Part shown: positions 24,838 through 36,100 of the stretch, in pieces | How positions within the stretch are numbered: the stretch's first letter is position 1 | How the letters are laid out: each line of letters opens with the position of its first letter | Assembly: GCA_036172245.1 (NCBI GenBank) | Contig: JAYWIR010000137.1 | Location: 1 to 64,000, forward strand | Origin: Raillietiella orientalis | Lineage: Eukaryota | Direction of reading: 5' to 3' | DNA length: 64,000 nt | Position numbers and translations under genes: made by a program | The notes under the pieces: generated by a model | The model's database searches: none | Told to the model about the DNA's origin: nothing | The model's input: the letters and a program-made list of their open reading frames with translations, nothing else

Positions 24838-27259
24838 TTATTACCCGGATGCGCCGGGACGTTTATTAAAATATCAACTGAGAACTGTGTTCCCAGGCAA
24901 GGGAACAGAAAACAAGGAGTAGATTTCCCGGAACGCACTCCGGGCACACTGAGAGTTCGGAACGGGAGGGGGTGGGACAATAAATAAATAAACTGGGTGC
25001 GAGGGCGGGGACAGGGGTATACAGTCTAACCGTTCCTATTCTCAGAACAGGCGGTGAATGCCGCCGATCTCCGTCCTCACTTCTGCTCCAAGATGTGGCC
25101 ACCCGGAAGCCATTTGCAGGTTGCAGGCTGTGGTGTCGGGGACCGAAGTTGGGACTGCTCGCATCTGCAATACGTGGCGGGCCCTGACAATGGCGCGGAC
25201 GCAGCAGATGATTGCGACGACCGCTTCAAGAGAAAGTGCGCCACGCGTGTAGAAGCGACGTATCCAACCCAGTGCAGTGTGTACAGGGTGCAGGAGCGCT
25301 GAAGACAGCCGCTGCCACAGCTCCTGAAGGGCACCGCACTCAAAGAGCAAATGCGGATGCGATTCCACCGCTCCGCATTTGGCACAGTTCGGGGACGCAA
25401 ATCCCCCGGAAATCAGGTGCGCCCGCTTGTTGCAGTACAAACCCCAATGGACCAGCAGAAAAGCGTCCTGCTTCCACCGAAGGGGAAAGAGAGTCGCGTC
25501 CAAACACGCAGAAGGAACCACAAATTCATCGATGGGCACCCCGATGAGATCACTCTACCGGAGAAGCCCCTTTGCAAGAATGCAAGGTGTGGCAGCGTCT
25601 GACACTTCGCAAGTCCGCCAGCCGCCCAGCAGTCGGGTTTCGCCTGCGATTTCGCGACAGATCTCCCACCTCGCCGGCAGGTCACTGTCATCTCGCACCA
25701 TCAGTGCACACAGTGCTTCGGCGAGTGGCGTAGCGGCTAGGCGTGTCCACTGGTCCTGGTCTTCCAGCACCTCCCCCACTGGACAGTATGGGGAAAGTTT
25801 CACGCAACGGAGTTCCAAACGGGACACATCCTGTAGCGCTGCCCAGGACGATAAGGCTTCCCGCCTTTAGGCGTTGAAGTTCGTCGGCCGGCAGGAGATC
25901 CACTCATGCTTTCCCAGAAGCGTGACGAGCTGCTTCAAAGGGAAGCCGAATCCTCTCTGGGCGCGCTCCGTGCGCAGAGGCAACGAACGTAGTGCGTCGC
26001 CACCCGGGCTGCGCCGCGGCAGCAGTCGAACTGGATCACACCAGGGAGTAGTCCAGAGATGCGCACAAAGTGCCAGCATGCGGAACTGCACTAGCAGTCC
26101 GATCCGCTCCAGCGTCAGGATGCCCGATCCTGCATCCCGCCTAAGAACCGCCAAATCCTTCAGGCGTATCCTGGAACTAGCCGGTCTCCACAGTGCGTCC
26201 CGCAAGAGGCGTTGCGTCCGGCGCTTAGCCGAGTAGGGAGGGGGACAAACAAAAAAGAAAGGACGGAGGAAGGGGGCAACGAAAATGTTCCACACGAAGG
26301 CATGTTCCGACAGGAGAAACCTGCCGCCTTGGAACGGGCCCAGAGCAGTCTCGGCCTTGTGAAGGCAGTCCAACCACGCTTCTGCTGGACAGAGGGCGCC
26401 CAAGGGAACGCCGAGGTACTTCAAGCACCTGCCCGTGAGGATCCCCTGGCGGATCCAGTCGGACTGCACCTCCCACGTAGAGCCAACCGGTACAACGGTT
26501 GATTTCGTCCTGTTCACGCTCAGGAACGCTCCCCGACGAATGAGCTCGAAGAAGTCCTCGAGCCTGGACGCCGGGGTGGACATGGGCAGCAGCAGGAGAA
26601 GGTCGTCAGCATAGGCGGCCACGGCCAGTGTTCCCGGACAGGAGCTCGGCAGGTTGGCCAGCGTCAGCCTGTACGCCCTCAGCACCAACTCAAAGAAGAT
26701 GCTGAAGAGCAGGGGGCTTAAGCTGTCTCCCTGCCTGATACCCCGCCGTATGGGAACAATGTACACGTGGCGCCCGCTGAGAGAGATACAGCATAACGCG
26801 TGGCATCAGCAGGAGTGCAAGTAGGCGATGAGCTGCGTCGAGAGGCCTAGGCGTCCCAGAAGCTCCAGAAGGAGGTCCTGGTTTTCGCTGTCGAACGCTT
26901 TGCAGAGATTTACGGCGACTGCTAAGGCTATGGAGCCGCACCTTTGCTGAGGGGAGAGAAGCGGGAACATCTCCCGTCTCACGCATCAGCGAGAAAGGGC
27001 TTAGCACCAGGGGGACGAGCTCCGCTGCGAAGCACTGAAAGAACTCCGCGGGCAGGCCATCCTCCCCAGGCGTCTTCCGCGTCTTCAGGCCCACTATGGC
27101 AAAAGATACTTCTTCCGCCGTGAAGGGCCAATCCAATCTGGCGCTTTCCCTCTCGTCGATAGCAGGGTTCCGCGTCGGAAGAAGCAGCACGGAGAGACTG
27201 CGTTCCGTGGGCTCCTCCGCGTACAACGAGGAGTAGAAGCGCTCGACTGCGCGGTGCAC
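24838..27259 (-). mobile_element. Element J, 3' part: RT with internal deletion, zinc finger, 3' end
   Basis: PGEDGLP, GIRQGDSLSP, YADD; collinear with C including the 3' UTR; terminal motif 24868-24838. Confidence 0.9.
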
Positions 27260-27413
27260 ATCGGACGCAATTGTTGTGCGCTTCTTGGATAGGGAGTTTT
27301 TATTTTCTGGTGTTTCGTGTGTGTTTCGCGGCCGTTGACAGGCGGAAATGCCTGTGAACGCCGCAGTTTAAGGTGAGGGAGGCGGGAAGACCGCGTCTCC
27401 CAAGCCAAAGGAG

Positions 27414-28958
27414 GTGGGATCACGCCCCACCGCTTCTCAACCCGCCACTACGGCGAGGGCGTGGAGCGCGGTGGCAGCGGCGGAAACGCCCGATGTCGCC
27501 GCCGAAATCCAATCCTACATCCAGGAGGGCTACAATCCGGCCCTCCTGTACAAGGTAGGCAATTTATATTCCCCGTTAAGGGCGAGAAAGTTCGGCAATG
27601 CCATCAAAAAGATGGGCATTGCCGACCATGAAATTCTTTGCCTCTCTATACGGAGCGGAGGGCAGTTGGCGGAGCTCATCTGCAAGGATGCAGCTCTTAC
27701 CCACAAGATGCTCTGCACGCCCGTACAATTTGAGGGCAGGAATTTACTCCCACACACGGTGGACCACTCCATTGTGGTCCACCTAACAGGGACAACAGTG
27801 CGGATGGATGAGAACGCCATCCGCGCTGAACTGGAAAAATACGCAAGCGTTTTCGCGATGTGGAGAAAGCCCAACACCTTCGGAGTGAACGGTGCATTTA
27901 GTGGGCGAGTAGGCGCGCGCGTGACGCTTCGAGAAAGCGTACAGCTTCCCCACAAGCTCCAAATTGGCGACGAGTTCGTCGACATTTGGTTTGTGGGGAA
28001 ACCTAAATTTTGTGGAAACTGTAAGTCGTTCGGGCATTTGAAAAAGCGGTGCCCGGACGCGGTTTGCCCAACGTGCGGCGCGAAGGGCCACACCAAAGTG
28101 GTGTGCCCGATGAACGTCGCTCCAACGCCGGAACTTCCGCAAAAGAAGGAAGGGAAGGCAAAAATAGTGATAAACCCCACAAAAGGGGATCAGCCGTCGG
28201 CTCCGACAAAAGTCGCGCAGCAGGAAAGGGACACGGTACAGGAGCTCCCGGAAAAGACTGCCGACGTGGAAGGCTGGCAGCTGGTCACCCGTAAAGTAAA
28301 AATCGTTAAAAAAACCGCGCCCGCACCGGCGAAAGTGGTGAAGGGCAAGGGGAAGGTCGCGCCACGCCCAACAATCAAAGCGTGCAGCGTGGCCATCAAA
28401 CGCGTGCCGGCGATCGATACTCGCTCCGCTGACGGATCGATGCGACGTGACGTCACACCAGCTGTTCAAGCCGCCGCCGCGCGAACGCCGACGCCGCGAC
28501 AAAGTCGCGAGCCCAGCGTGAGCAGCGACGACCGGGACTTCAACAAGGCGGCGAAAGAGTTGGCAGCCATGCTCCAGCAGCCTCCCAAGGCCCAGAAGAA
28601 GGCCTTGAGGCGTCCGGCTCAGGCGAAAGAACCGGAGACTTCAAAGTCCGAAGCCGAAGCCGGCAACGCTCCGGCTGTCGCTCTCCCGAAGCGCAAAGCG
28701 GGCCGCAAGGTAGGCGACCCGCGGCGCTCCGCACCTCCACTGGCGGAGGAGGAAATGCGGTCGGACCACGACGACGAGGAGGCGATGTCCGCGAGGTCTC
28801 GCCACTCCTCGCCGGAGACGTCCCTGGCCAAGCAGGATCCTCCAACCACCACCATAACCACCGACGGACCGCCTCATTGCGAGCAACAGCCCGTCGCAAT
28901 GGATACACAACTCCCGCCTGCTGAACAGCAGGCGGAGGACGGTAAGCAAGCACAATAA
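27414..28958 (+). CDS. K ORF1, largely open
   Basis: CGNCKSFGHLKKRC and CPTCGAKGHTKVVC. The likely original ATG at 27348 is followed by an early TAA. Confidence 0.75.
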   Translation: MGSRPTASQPATTARAWSAVAAAETPDVAAEIQSYIQEGYNPALLYKVGNLYSPLRARKFGNAIKKMGIADHEILCLSIRSGGQLAELICKDAALTHKMLCTPVQFEGRNLLPHTVDHSIVVHLTGTTVRMDENAIRAELEKYASVFAMWRKPNTFGVNGAFSGRVGARVTLRESVQLPHKLQIGDEFVDIWFVGKPKFCGNCKSFGHLKKRCPDAVCPTCGAKGHTKVVCPMNVAPTPELPQKKEGKAKIVINPTKGDQPSAPTKVAQQERDTVQELPEKTADVEGWQLVTRKVKIVKKTAPAPAKVVKGKGKVAPRPTIKACSVAIKRVPAIDTRSADGSMRRDVTPAVQAAAARTPTPRQSREPSVSSDDRDFNKAAKELAAMLQQPPKAQKKALRRPAQAKEPETSKSEAEAGNAPAVALPKRKAGRKVGDPRRSAPPLAEEEMRSDHDDEEAMSARSRHSSPETSLAKQDPPTTTITTDGPPHCEQQPVAMDTQLPPAEQQAEDGKQAQ

Positions 28959-29839
28959 ACACACCAACGCGTGGACTCTCCTTTTGCCGGCGACTGCGCG
29001 TAATCTGTTGGAACGTCAACGGGTTGCGCGACGACGGCAAGAGGAGAGAAGTGGCCGCCAGCCTGCGGGACTTCGACCTGGCGCTTCTGCAGGAGACGCA
29101 CGTACTCTACGCAGGGGAGGCCCAGGAAATCGAACGGATCGCAGGAGGGCGGCTCGTATACCAAAACGGGAGAGACCACACCCGCGGTGTGGCTTTCATG
29201 CTGAAGCCAGCCGTCGTTAATGCGCTGCGCGACGTGCACTTCGACGGGGATGGTCAAATCGGGCATCATGTTGCCAAGTGGTCCGACGCGATCGACCACG
29301 TCGTGACCAACGTTTACGCGCCCGGCACGAGCCACAGGCGCGGGGAACGCACTGCGTTCTTCGAAGGCCTGCGGCGAGATTGGCTGGCCGAAGCAGACAT
29401 GCGAAAGGCGCACCTCATTGCCGCGGACTTTAACGTCCGCCTGCTGGCAGGTGCGCCCGACATTCGCGCACAGCTGGTCAACGAGATGTGCGCTGCCATG
29501 CACGCGCGCAACTTGTTGGCCGGTGACGCCGGGACGGAGACGAGGATCGACCACATGTTCCTCGACAACCACTTGTGTTCGCGGGAGGGAAATCGAGGGG
29601 CAGTGCCATCCGAACTCTCCGACCATCCCCGGCTCGTGCTAGAAATACACCCGCGCGGTAGAGGTCCACCCTCCACAGCGTGGCGTTTGCCAGGGGACTG
29701 GTTGCGCCTCGCAGGAGCAGCGCAACATCTTCGCTTGTTCCTACAAGGCTTCCATCTGCAGTCACTCGCGGACTGGGACGACTTGAAGAGCTCAGTCCGC
29801 GAGTTCTGCGACCAGTTTCCCCTGAACCGTCTCCCTTCA

Positions 29840-29849
29840 GGTTTCGGCG
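29840..29849 (+). repeat. Target/TSD copy 1, GGTTTCGGCG (L/N target)
   Basis: Related copies at 41543-41552 (GGATTCGGCG) and 47206-47215 (GGATCCGGCG). Confidence 0.8.
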
Positions 29850-32800
29850 TTATCACCCGGGTACGCCCGGGGCGTTTATTAATAAACTTTACATGCGTGG
29901 TACAAGGCCCCACCACGGCCGTAAACCCAGGACCTGTCGGGACACCGGGACGCAGCCCGGCGTGGCACTCCCCGACAGCGAAGGGGGATGGGGATAAGAC
30001 AAAAAGTAAAATAAAAAGAAACAAACAAAAAGAAGTTGGAGGGCAGGGAAGGGATCACTGTTCGCTGTGGAGAGGGCCCATCCGTCGAACGAAGCCCTCG
30101 AGGTCAGTCCTCATATTCCCAAGTTGAAGCCATACGGCAGCTCTTCGCAAGAAGCGTTGGGCATATGGGATGACATCCCTCGCGTGTTGACCCACTCCTT
30201 CCTTGTTGGTGTCGCTCCATGCCGCCACGATGCCTCGGACGCAGCACAAGGCTGCAAGGGCTGCGGCTGGCTGCAGGGCGTCCTTCACGAAGAGGGGCCG
30301 AAGAACGTCTCTAGGGGAACTGCCCGTTGGGAGACCGAGGATCGTCCCAAACCGTTCCCAAAGGGGACGAAGGGCAACACAGTCCACAATAAGGTGAGAG
30401 AGCGATTCCCGCTCTCCGCACCTGACACACGCAGGATCCACAGCTCCCCTCGTCCGGTGGAAGCGGCGCGCGTTGCAGGGTAGACCCCAGTGCAATAAAA
30501 GCAACGCCGACTCTTGCCACTTGAGGGGCAGGATCCTGGATTCCTTCATCACCGGGGGCCACTTCAGCTCATCCCTGGGGATGGCGAGCAGCTAGCCCCA
30601 TCATCTTAGTCCTCGCGGCTGGAGGGTCAAGGTCGTGGCGTCTGCCAGTTCTCCTGTTGTCCAGCCGCTGTTCAACTTTTTGCGTCCCTCGATGCAGCAG
30701 GAGACTTGCCACCTTGGCGTCCGGCTGCTGTGAAGTGCCCTCTTTAGGAAGGGCAGCGCCGTAGCTAGACAGGTCGTCTCTGCCCACGTGCATCTTGCTG
30801 GACTCTCCAGGGTAATTCCGCAGCGTGCAGCGGGCGTAGGGGCTGCATCGGAGACCATTCCACGTCTCGTGGCTTGTCTTGTAAACCACTGCCCACGTTC
30901 CAATATTTTCCTCCAGCCAGGCGGGGGAGTTGGCGGGGCAGCAAACCATCCAGCTGTTCTCCTTGGCCAATGTTGCCATGCGCCCGAGCAGTAGGCCGCA
31001 TCTTCGCATCTTCCGGCCACGGCTGAGAAGAAAAGACGCGAGTCCATCGCACCGGGACACACGGCTGGCCAGGAGGCGGGCTGGAGTGCACCAAGGGGTG
31101 CACCACATCTTCGCTGCGATGGCGAGGGTTTGCCACCGCAGCTGCTTCTCCACGCGCTCCAGCGTCAGGAGGCCAAGAGCGCCGTCCCGACGCAAAGCGC
31201 ACAAGTCCTTCAGTGGGAATCGGGGCCTCCCCTTGCCCCAAAGGGCGATACGGAGGAGGTCCTTCGTCCTTTTGTTGGAAATCACGGTGGGAGGGCAAAC
31301 AAAAAGCAAGGGGCGGAGGATGGGGGCCGCGAAGGAGTTCCAAACCGCGGCCCGTTCCGGCAAGTGAAACTTGCCTTCCAGGAACGGGCCGATCGCCGTC
31401 TCGACTTTTTGGAGGCAGCTGGACCACGCTTCCGCAGAAGAGTAGTCCCCCAACGGCACACCAAGGTACTTGAAGCACCTCGCCGTGGGGATCCCCAGAC
31501 GGACCCAGTCCTGCTGCCCTGCCCACGCCGCACCTCTTGGAACAACCGACGACTTCGCCCTGTTAACATGCAGTCCGGTCCCGCGGCTGAGCAGATCGAA
31601 GAAGTCTCCGACCGCCTTTGCCGGGGTGGACATTGGCAACAAATGCAGAAGATCGTCGGCGTACGCTGCAACGGCGGGCGTGCCGGGGCACGAGCTCTGC
31701 AATGGGGCCAAAGTCACCCTGTACGCTCTCAGCACCAACTCAAAGTAGGTGCTGAAGAGCAGGGGCTGAGGCTATCTCCCTGCCTTATGCCCCGCCGCAC
31801 CGGCACGCCATACACCTTTTGACCGCTGAAAGAGACTGTAATTATCGCATTCCGCCAGCAAGAGCGCAGGTAGGAAATCAGGGAGGGTGGAAAGCTCATG
31901 CGACCCAGGAGCTCCAAGAGAAGTTCCTGATCTACACAGTCGAACGCCTTGTGGAGATCGACTGCGAGCGCTAGGGCCCCCTTCCCCGCCCGGGGGTCCC
32001 TTCCCAGCCCGGCTTGCGGCCCCAATGTGGGGTTGCCGACTTTCCCTATCCTTTTCTTCTCTCTTCTCTGCAGGTGCCCCCATGTGCTTGCGAAGAACAG
32101 GTTGGCATCCATACTTCGCCCGGGAACAGCATAAGTCTGCTCCGGGCTAATTACGGATTCTGCCACCTGCCCCAGACGCGAAGCCCATAGCCCTGCTATC
32201 AACTTGGCGTCCGTATTCACGATTGTGATCGGACGCCAGTTCTTTAAATTCCTGAGGTCTCTCCCTTTCGGAAGGAGCCTCACTCTGGCTGAACGAAACC
32301 AGGCGGGAGCATCGCCTTCGTCTCGGATCAGCCTGATCAACTTAAGCAGCAGGGGTGCCAGCTCTTCCGCGAAGCTCTGAAACAACTCCGCGGGCAAGCC
32401 GTCTTCCCCTAGAGCTTTACGCCTCTTGAGCCTTTTGATACCGGCGAGAATTTCGCCGGTGGTAAAAGGCTCGTCGAGGCTTTCCATCTCCTCCTCCCCT
32501 ATTGCCGGGGCGCCATCCGGAAGCAAGCGCCGAGAGGCGTTTCGATCTGGGGGCTCCCTGGCGTAAAGGGAGGAATAGAAACTCCGCACGAGATGCCGTA
32601 CCGACACCGGGGACGAACATTCCCGGAACTGGTCGTCCAGCAAGCTGGCCGACCCGGATTGCCTGGCTTGGCGTTCGGCCCCGGCGCGGTCCTCGGCCAG
32701 GCGACGGACATTAGGGGTTCTTTCGTACCTACGAGCCTGTAAATAGGCCCGATGGTTGCGAGCACCCTTGATGAATCCGGATGGCAGGCGATCCAGGGGG

Positions 32801-33191
32801 AACTGCTCACAGAACTCGCGGACCGATTCCTTAAAAAGGTCCCAGTCCTGGATATTCCGGAGCGTGACGCCTCACAGGTATTCGCGAAGGTGTTCCTTCG
32901 CACCTGAGAGTCGCGTCCAGTCCCCCGGCAGACGCCAATCCCTGGATGGCGGTCCTTTGTCGCGAGGCCGCATCTGGAAAATTAGCCGGGAATGGTCCGA
33001 CAACGTCGACACAACCCTCCCCCGTTTGCCGACGCGTGAACACAGGTCAGCGTCCAGGAAGACGTGGTCGATGCTGCGGACCATTCCTTTCTCACCCGCG
33101 AACAAGTTGCGCGCACGCATGGCGACGCACAACTCGTTCATCGCGTTCACTTGTGTTTCCGGCTCACCTGTTAGCAGGCGGAGATTAAAAT
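29850..33191 (-). mobile_element. Element L, 3' part (ORF2 from FNLRLL to the 3' end)
   Basis: Nearly identical to N ORF2 and 3' UTR but frameshifted; terminal motif 29881-29850. Confidence 0.92.
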
Positions 33192-36100
33192 TTATCACCC
33201 GGTCACTTAGGGGCGTTTATTAATAATAATAAACTGGTCAGGGACAATGTCCCCAACCAACAGAACGACAGAGAACATAGAAAAGTTACCGACACGCAGG
33301 CCTGGTAAACAAACCGCTCGCAGCGTGGCGGGAATGAGGGGAAACAAACAAAAATCAAAAACTGGAGGGAAGGGAAAAGGGTTTTTGGTTAGGCTCCGTA
33401 CTCACGGGGATTTAAACGATGAGCACCTCAAATGTTCCGGAGCCTATGGGGACGCGGGTGTAAAAAGAAAATACAAATTTAGTTTATGGAGGGTAGGGCA
33501 ATGATCACCGGGTTGGCCGCTGATGAGGGTGTGTAAACCGGCGGTGTATTGCGGCGAGATTCCTCTTTGTCTCGTCTGTGAAATGAGGCCATCTAGCGGA
33601 TGCTTCCATGTAGAAGGATGCTTTGCTGATTACCTCTTTGTGCTGTCCGTTGATTACCAACGCCTGGCGGACGGAAACTATCGCGCGTATGAAACCGATG
33701 ATTGCAATCCTTGCGCTTACTGAAAGCCCGCTCAGCGTGAAGAATCGTCGCAGCAAGTCTCTTGCGGTGTCCTCGGGATGCAATAGTGCTGTTGCCAGCC
33801 TACGCCACAGTCCTTGTAGGACACCGCAGTCCAGAAGTAGGTGCGGAATCGACTCCGTCGATCCGCACCGAACGCAGTTCGCAGACGCAAGTCCCCCGGA
33901 GTCACGATGCCAACGCTCGTTGCACTGAAAACCCCAGTGAACGAAAAGCAGCACGGCTTGTTTCCAAGCAAGGGGGAGCAGCGAACTGTTTATACACTGT
34001 GGAGGGACTACAAGTTCTTCGGGGGTGACAGGAAGTTCTTCTGCCCACCGGAGGAGTCCCTTTGCAGTAACACGAGGAGTGGCGGCGTCCGCCAACTCAC
34101 TTGTCTTCCAGGTGCCAAGGAGTTTGATTCTTCCCGCTATCGTGCAGGAAACCTCCCACCTCGCCGGTTGGTTACTGTCGTTTCTTGCCCTGAGGGCAGA
34201 CAGCGCTGCGGCAAGAGGCGTGGCAGCCAGGGTAGAAAACTTCACCTCGTCCTGCAGTCCTTCTCCCAAGGATCGTGGAAAAAATTGGCGCAGGGGGCGA
34301 AGATCTTCAGGGCGTATTCCTTGGAACGCCGCCCAGGATTCAACAGACTCCTGCCGCCAAGCTTCAAAGTTCATTGGGCGGCAGGAGATCCAAGAGTGTG
34401 CTTCCAGAAGTGCGGTCAACTGCCGCAATGGAAACCCGAAACCCCGCTTCCTGTATTGAGTGCCCGGCAAAAGCGAGAGAAATCCTCCGCTGCCGGCGCA
34501 TCTCCGCAGGAGAATGCGAGCTGGCACGCACAGGGGGGATGTCCATAGCTGGGCACACAGTGCCAGCAGTCGGAACTGCACCTGCAGTCCGATTCGCTCC
34601 ATTGTCACGATACCCAAACCAGCATCCCGACGCGGAGCTGACAAATCTTTTTGCGGATCCTGGATCTCGCCGGACCCCAGAGAGCGTTTCTGAGCAGGCG
34701 CTTAGCCCGCTGTTTTGCCGCATAGGGGGGGTCCAAAACAAAAAACAGGGGACGGAGGAGGGGGGCCACAAAGGTGTTCCAAATAGTCGCCCGTTCCTGC
34801 AAGGTAAACTTGCCGTTAAAGAACGGGCTGATGGCCAACTCTGCTTTCTGAAGACAGTCCGCCCACGCTTCGGCTGCGCCGAAAGCGCCCAACGGAACGC
34901 CAAGGTACTTAAAGTACCCGCCCGTGGGGATCCCCAGGCGGATCCAGGCGGACTGCCCCTCCCACGACGTACCCACAGGAACGACCACGCTCTTCTCTCT
35001 GTTCACGCTCACGCCCGCTCCCCGACGAATCAGGTCGAAGAAATCCTCGACACTGGACGCCGGGGTGGACATGGGGAGCAGAAGAAGCAGGTCATCAGCG
35101 TAGGCGGTCACGGCAGGCGTTCCCGGGCAGGAGCTTGGCAAGTGAGACAGCGTCAGCCTGTATGCGCTTAGCACCAACTCAAAGAAGATGCTGAAGAGCA
35201 ACGGGTTTAGGCTGTCGCCCTGTCGGATGCCCCTACGAACGGGAATACCATACACGCGGCAGCCGCTAAAAGTGATGCAGGTTAGCGCGTGGCGCCAGCA
35301 CGCCCGCAAATACAGCAGGAGTTGCGCCGGGAACCCAAGGCGTTCTATAAGCTCCAAAAGAAGCTTCTGGTTTACGCAGTCGAACGCCTTGTGGAGATCG
35401 ACCGCGACCGCCAAGGCACCTGGCGTTCCCTCCTGCCGTCGGCGTCTGTTCTTTTTGCTTGCGGCAGTGACTTTCGCAGCAGCCTGGCTTTGCTGCGCCA
35501 CAACTTCCTGCAGCTGCATCCATGTACGCGCGAAAAGGATGTTCGCCTCCATGGATCGTCCCGGAACCGCGTAGGTTTGTTCCGGGCTCACCACAGATTT
35601 TGCGATTCTTCCTAACCGCGCGACTTACAGCTTGGAAGACAACTTGACGTCCGAGTTCACCAAGGTGATCGGACGCCAGTTGTTAAGTTGGCGCAAGTCT
35701 CCGCCTTTCGGCAGGAGACGCACCTTCGCTGAGCGGAAGGAATCAGGGACATTCCCGGATTCACTCATCAGCGTCGCGAGTTTCAGCATCAAAGGAATTA
35801 GCTTAACTGCAAAGCACTGATAAAACTCTGCAGGGAGCCCATCCTCGCCTGGCGCCTTTCGTCTCTTCAGCCCAGCGATGGCGGACGAAAATTCATCCGC
35901 CGTGAAGGGCTCGTCGAGACGTTCGCGTTCCTCCTCGCCGACAACACGAGCATCCTGAGACAGGAGTATCTCAGAAAGAATATCCTCCGTCGGGGATTCC
36001 GCGTAGAGCGAGGAGTAGTAGCGTCTCACAATGCGGCGTACTTCGACTGGGGCCGAACATTCCTGGCCTTTGTCGTCCAACAGGCATGCTGCTCCGGACT

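Larger units (their letters stand above)
27260..29849 (+). mobile_element. Element K, 5' part: ORF1 and APE
   Basis: Variant 5' motif GGACGCAATT; ORF1 to 28958; WNVNG, LQETH, NVYAP, SDH; ends at LPSGFG. Confidence 0.9.

Noticed and set aside
15138..27259. A large inverted repeat (C+D versus I+J) acting as transposon TIRs or a designed hairpin
   Set aside because: The arms are diverged, J continues 23-28 kb further on and is closed by its own TSD, and D resembles A more than I. An old inverted duplication is not fully excluded.
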